Shown: piece after piece, positions 32,681 to 33,852 of the stretch
Layout: the number at the start of each line of letters is the position of its first letter
Numbering within the stretch: position 1 is the stretch's first letter
Assembly: GCF_001194135.2 (NCBI RefSeq)
Contig: NC_068981.1
Span: 115,245,804 to 115,279,655, forward strand
Direction of reading: 5' to 3'
Source of the DNA: Octopus bimaculoides
Lineage: Eukaryota
DNA length: 33,852 nt
Program-made: the position numbers and the translations under genes
Notes under the pieces: model-generated
The model's input: only the letters and a program-made list of their open reading frames with translations
What the model was told of the DNA's origin: nothing
Database searches by the model: none

Positions 32681-33089
32681 TTAGGCACTTGACAATTTGC
32701 ATATATGGTGAGTTATTTATTAGCTTATATACACCCACCTACACATTCAACTTATTCATTTGTTAAGTTATTCAATTCACTTTATAAGTGATTAATTACG
32801 CTTAGAAGTAGTTTTAGTGGATGGGAGGGAAACACAGAGAGAAAATCATTGGGAAACTATAACAGACACACGTTGTTTGAAGGTAAAGGGGTAAATACAG
32901 AGACCAACAAATAGACAAAGAGGGGGGAACCGAGTAAAAGAGAAAGGAAGGAAATACATGAAGAGACTTTTATCATTTAGTGAGCAAGTGAAACATTTTA
33001 AGTATATAATATAATAATAATGGTTTTTGAAATCTAATTGCACACATACATCTCGCTAAATGAATGTGGAAGTTGATAATGTTGAGAAA

Positions 33090-33135
33090 GATGATGATGG
33101 TGGTGTTAGTGGTGTGGTGGTGGTGGTGGTGGCTG
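33090..33135. repeat. (GAT)n/(GGT)n microsatellite
   Basis: Direct reading. Confidence 0.82.
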
Positions 33136-33797
33136 TTGTTGATTAGCCTTGACTCACTTCTCTTCAGAGTTAAGTTCAAAAACGTTCCTATGATGACTGT
33201 CTTGTCTTAATTTCAAGCATAGCATACCTATGACACAGAAAACCCTTTTAAAGACAGTAAGTATAATTTGAAAGAGCATCGTTGGCTTGTTGTGGTTCAA
33301 GTAACCTAACCTAAATGCTAAATAGAATGTAATAATGGATAAAGCCAACCTGTTTCTACTGCCAGAGCCAATATGTTACCCTTTGTATGCTTTCATATCA
33401 CTTTATATTATTTGTATAATTTTTGTGACTTTAAATTGAATCCTAGATCTCACTATCTATCCACGGCTTAGTGATCACAGAAAGGTGTCAATGAGTTATG
33501 GTGGTGGTTGTTGTTGCTTAATCTGATTGAAGTAGGATTATCATCAAAGCGTACCGTATTTAGGAGAGTACATTACCCAGTGAGCACATCATTTTGAAAC
33601 TACTACGTCTACAAAATGTATAGAAATACAAAACTATGAACCTATGACTTTTCTCATTCTTTTACTATCAAGAACATTATGATATGGTACATTTTGCTTC
33701 AGGACTTTTTATAATAGAAAATTGACAGATATATAAAAATGAACATTTCAAACTGGAGAAAAGATTTAGACGTTATGTCTGTATGCTAAAAGAAAAT

Positions 33798-33806
33798 GGA
33801 GAGAGA

Positions 33807-33852
<46 letters not shown>
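33798..33852. repeat. (GA)n running off the window end
   Basis: Direct reading. Confidence 0.93.

Overview
AT-rich, microsatellite-dense animal (non-bacterial) DNA from a gapped scaffold, with N-gaps at about 4228-4587, 7156-7362, 10149-10641, 12873-13069, 18227-18319, 23710-23771, 24319-24328 and 32046-32480. The SINE types and repeat landscape resemble what I recall from Octopus/cephalopod genomes; this is inference, not a database result. No host protein-coding gene can be supported, and most listed ORFs are microsatellite- or gap-derived. The window is a graveyard of degraded transposable elements: four restriction-like-endonuclease (R4/Dong-type) LINE 3' fragments, two RTE-clade LINE fragments, three DD34D mariners (one full length), a DD41D (rosa-type) element, a Tigger/pogo-like MITE, a possible hAT terminus, and many tRNA-derived SINE copies from at least two families. 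The most notable signal is not in the ORF track. Three unrelated short repeats each fold by eye into a minimal type I hammerhead-ribozyme-like motif with a palindromic helix III: 2674-2719 (+, with a deleted partner at 2348-2385 -), 6396-6446 (+, mirrored at 6326-6376 -) and 32501-32546 (-). One carries an apparent compensatory G3:C8 swap of the catalytic core and two carry a U4C variant. All folds were done by hand and activity is untested.
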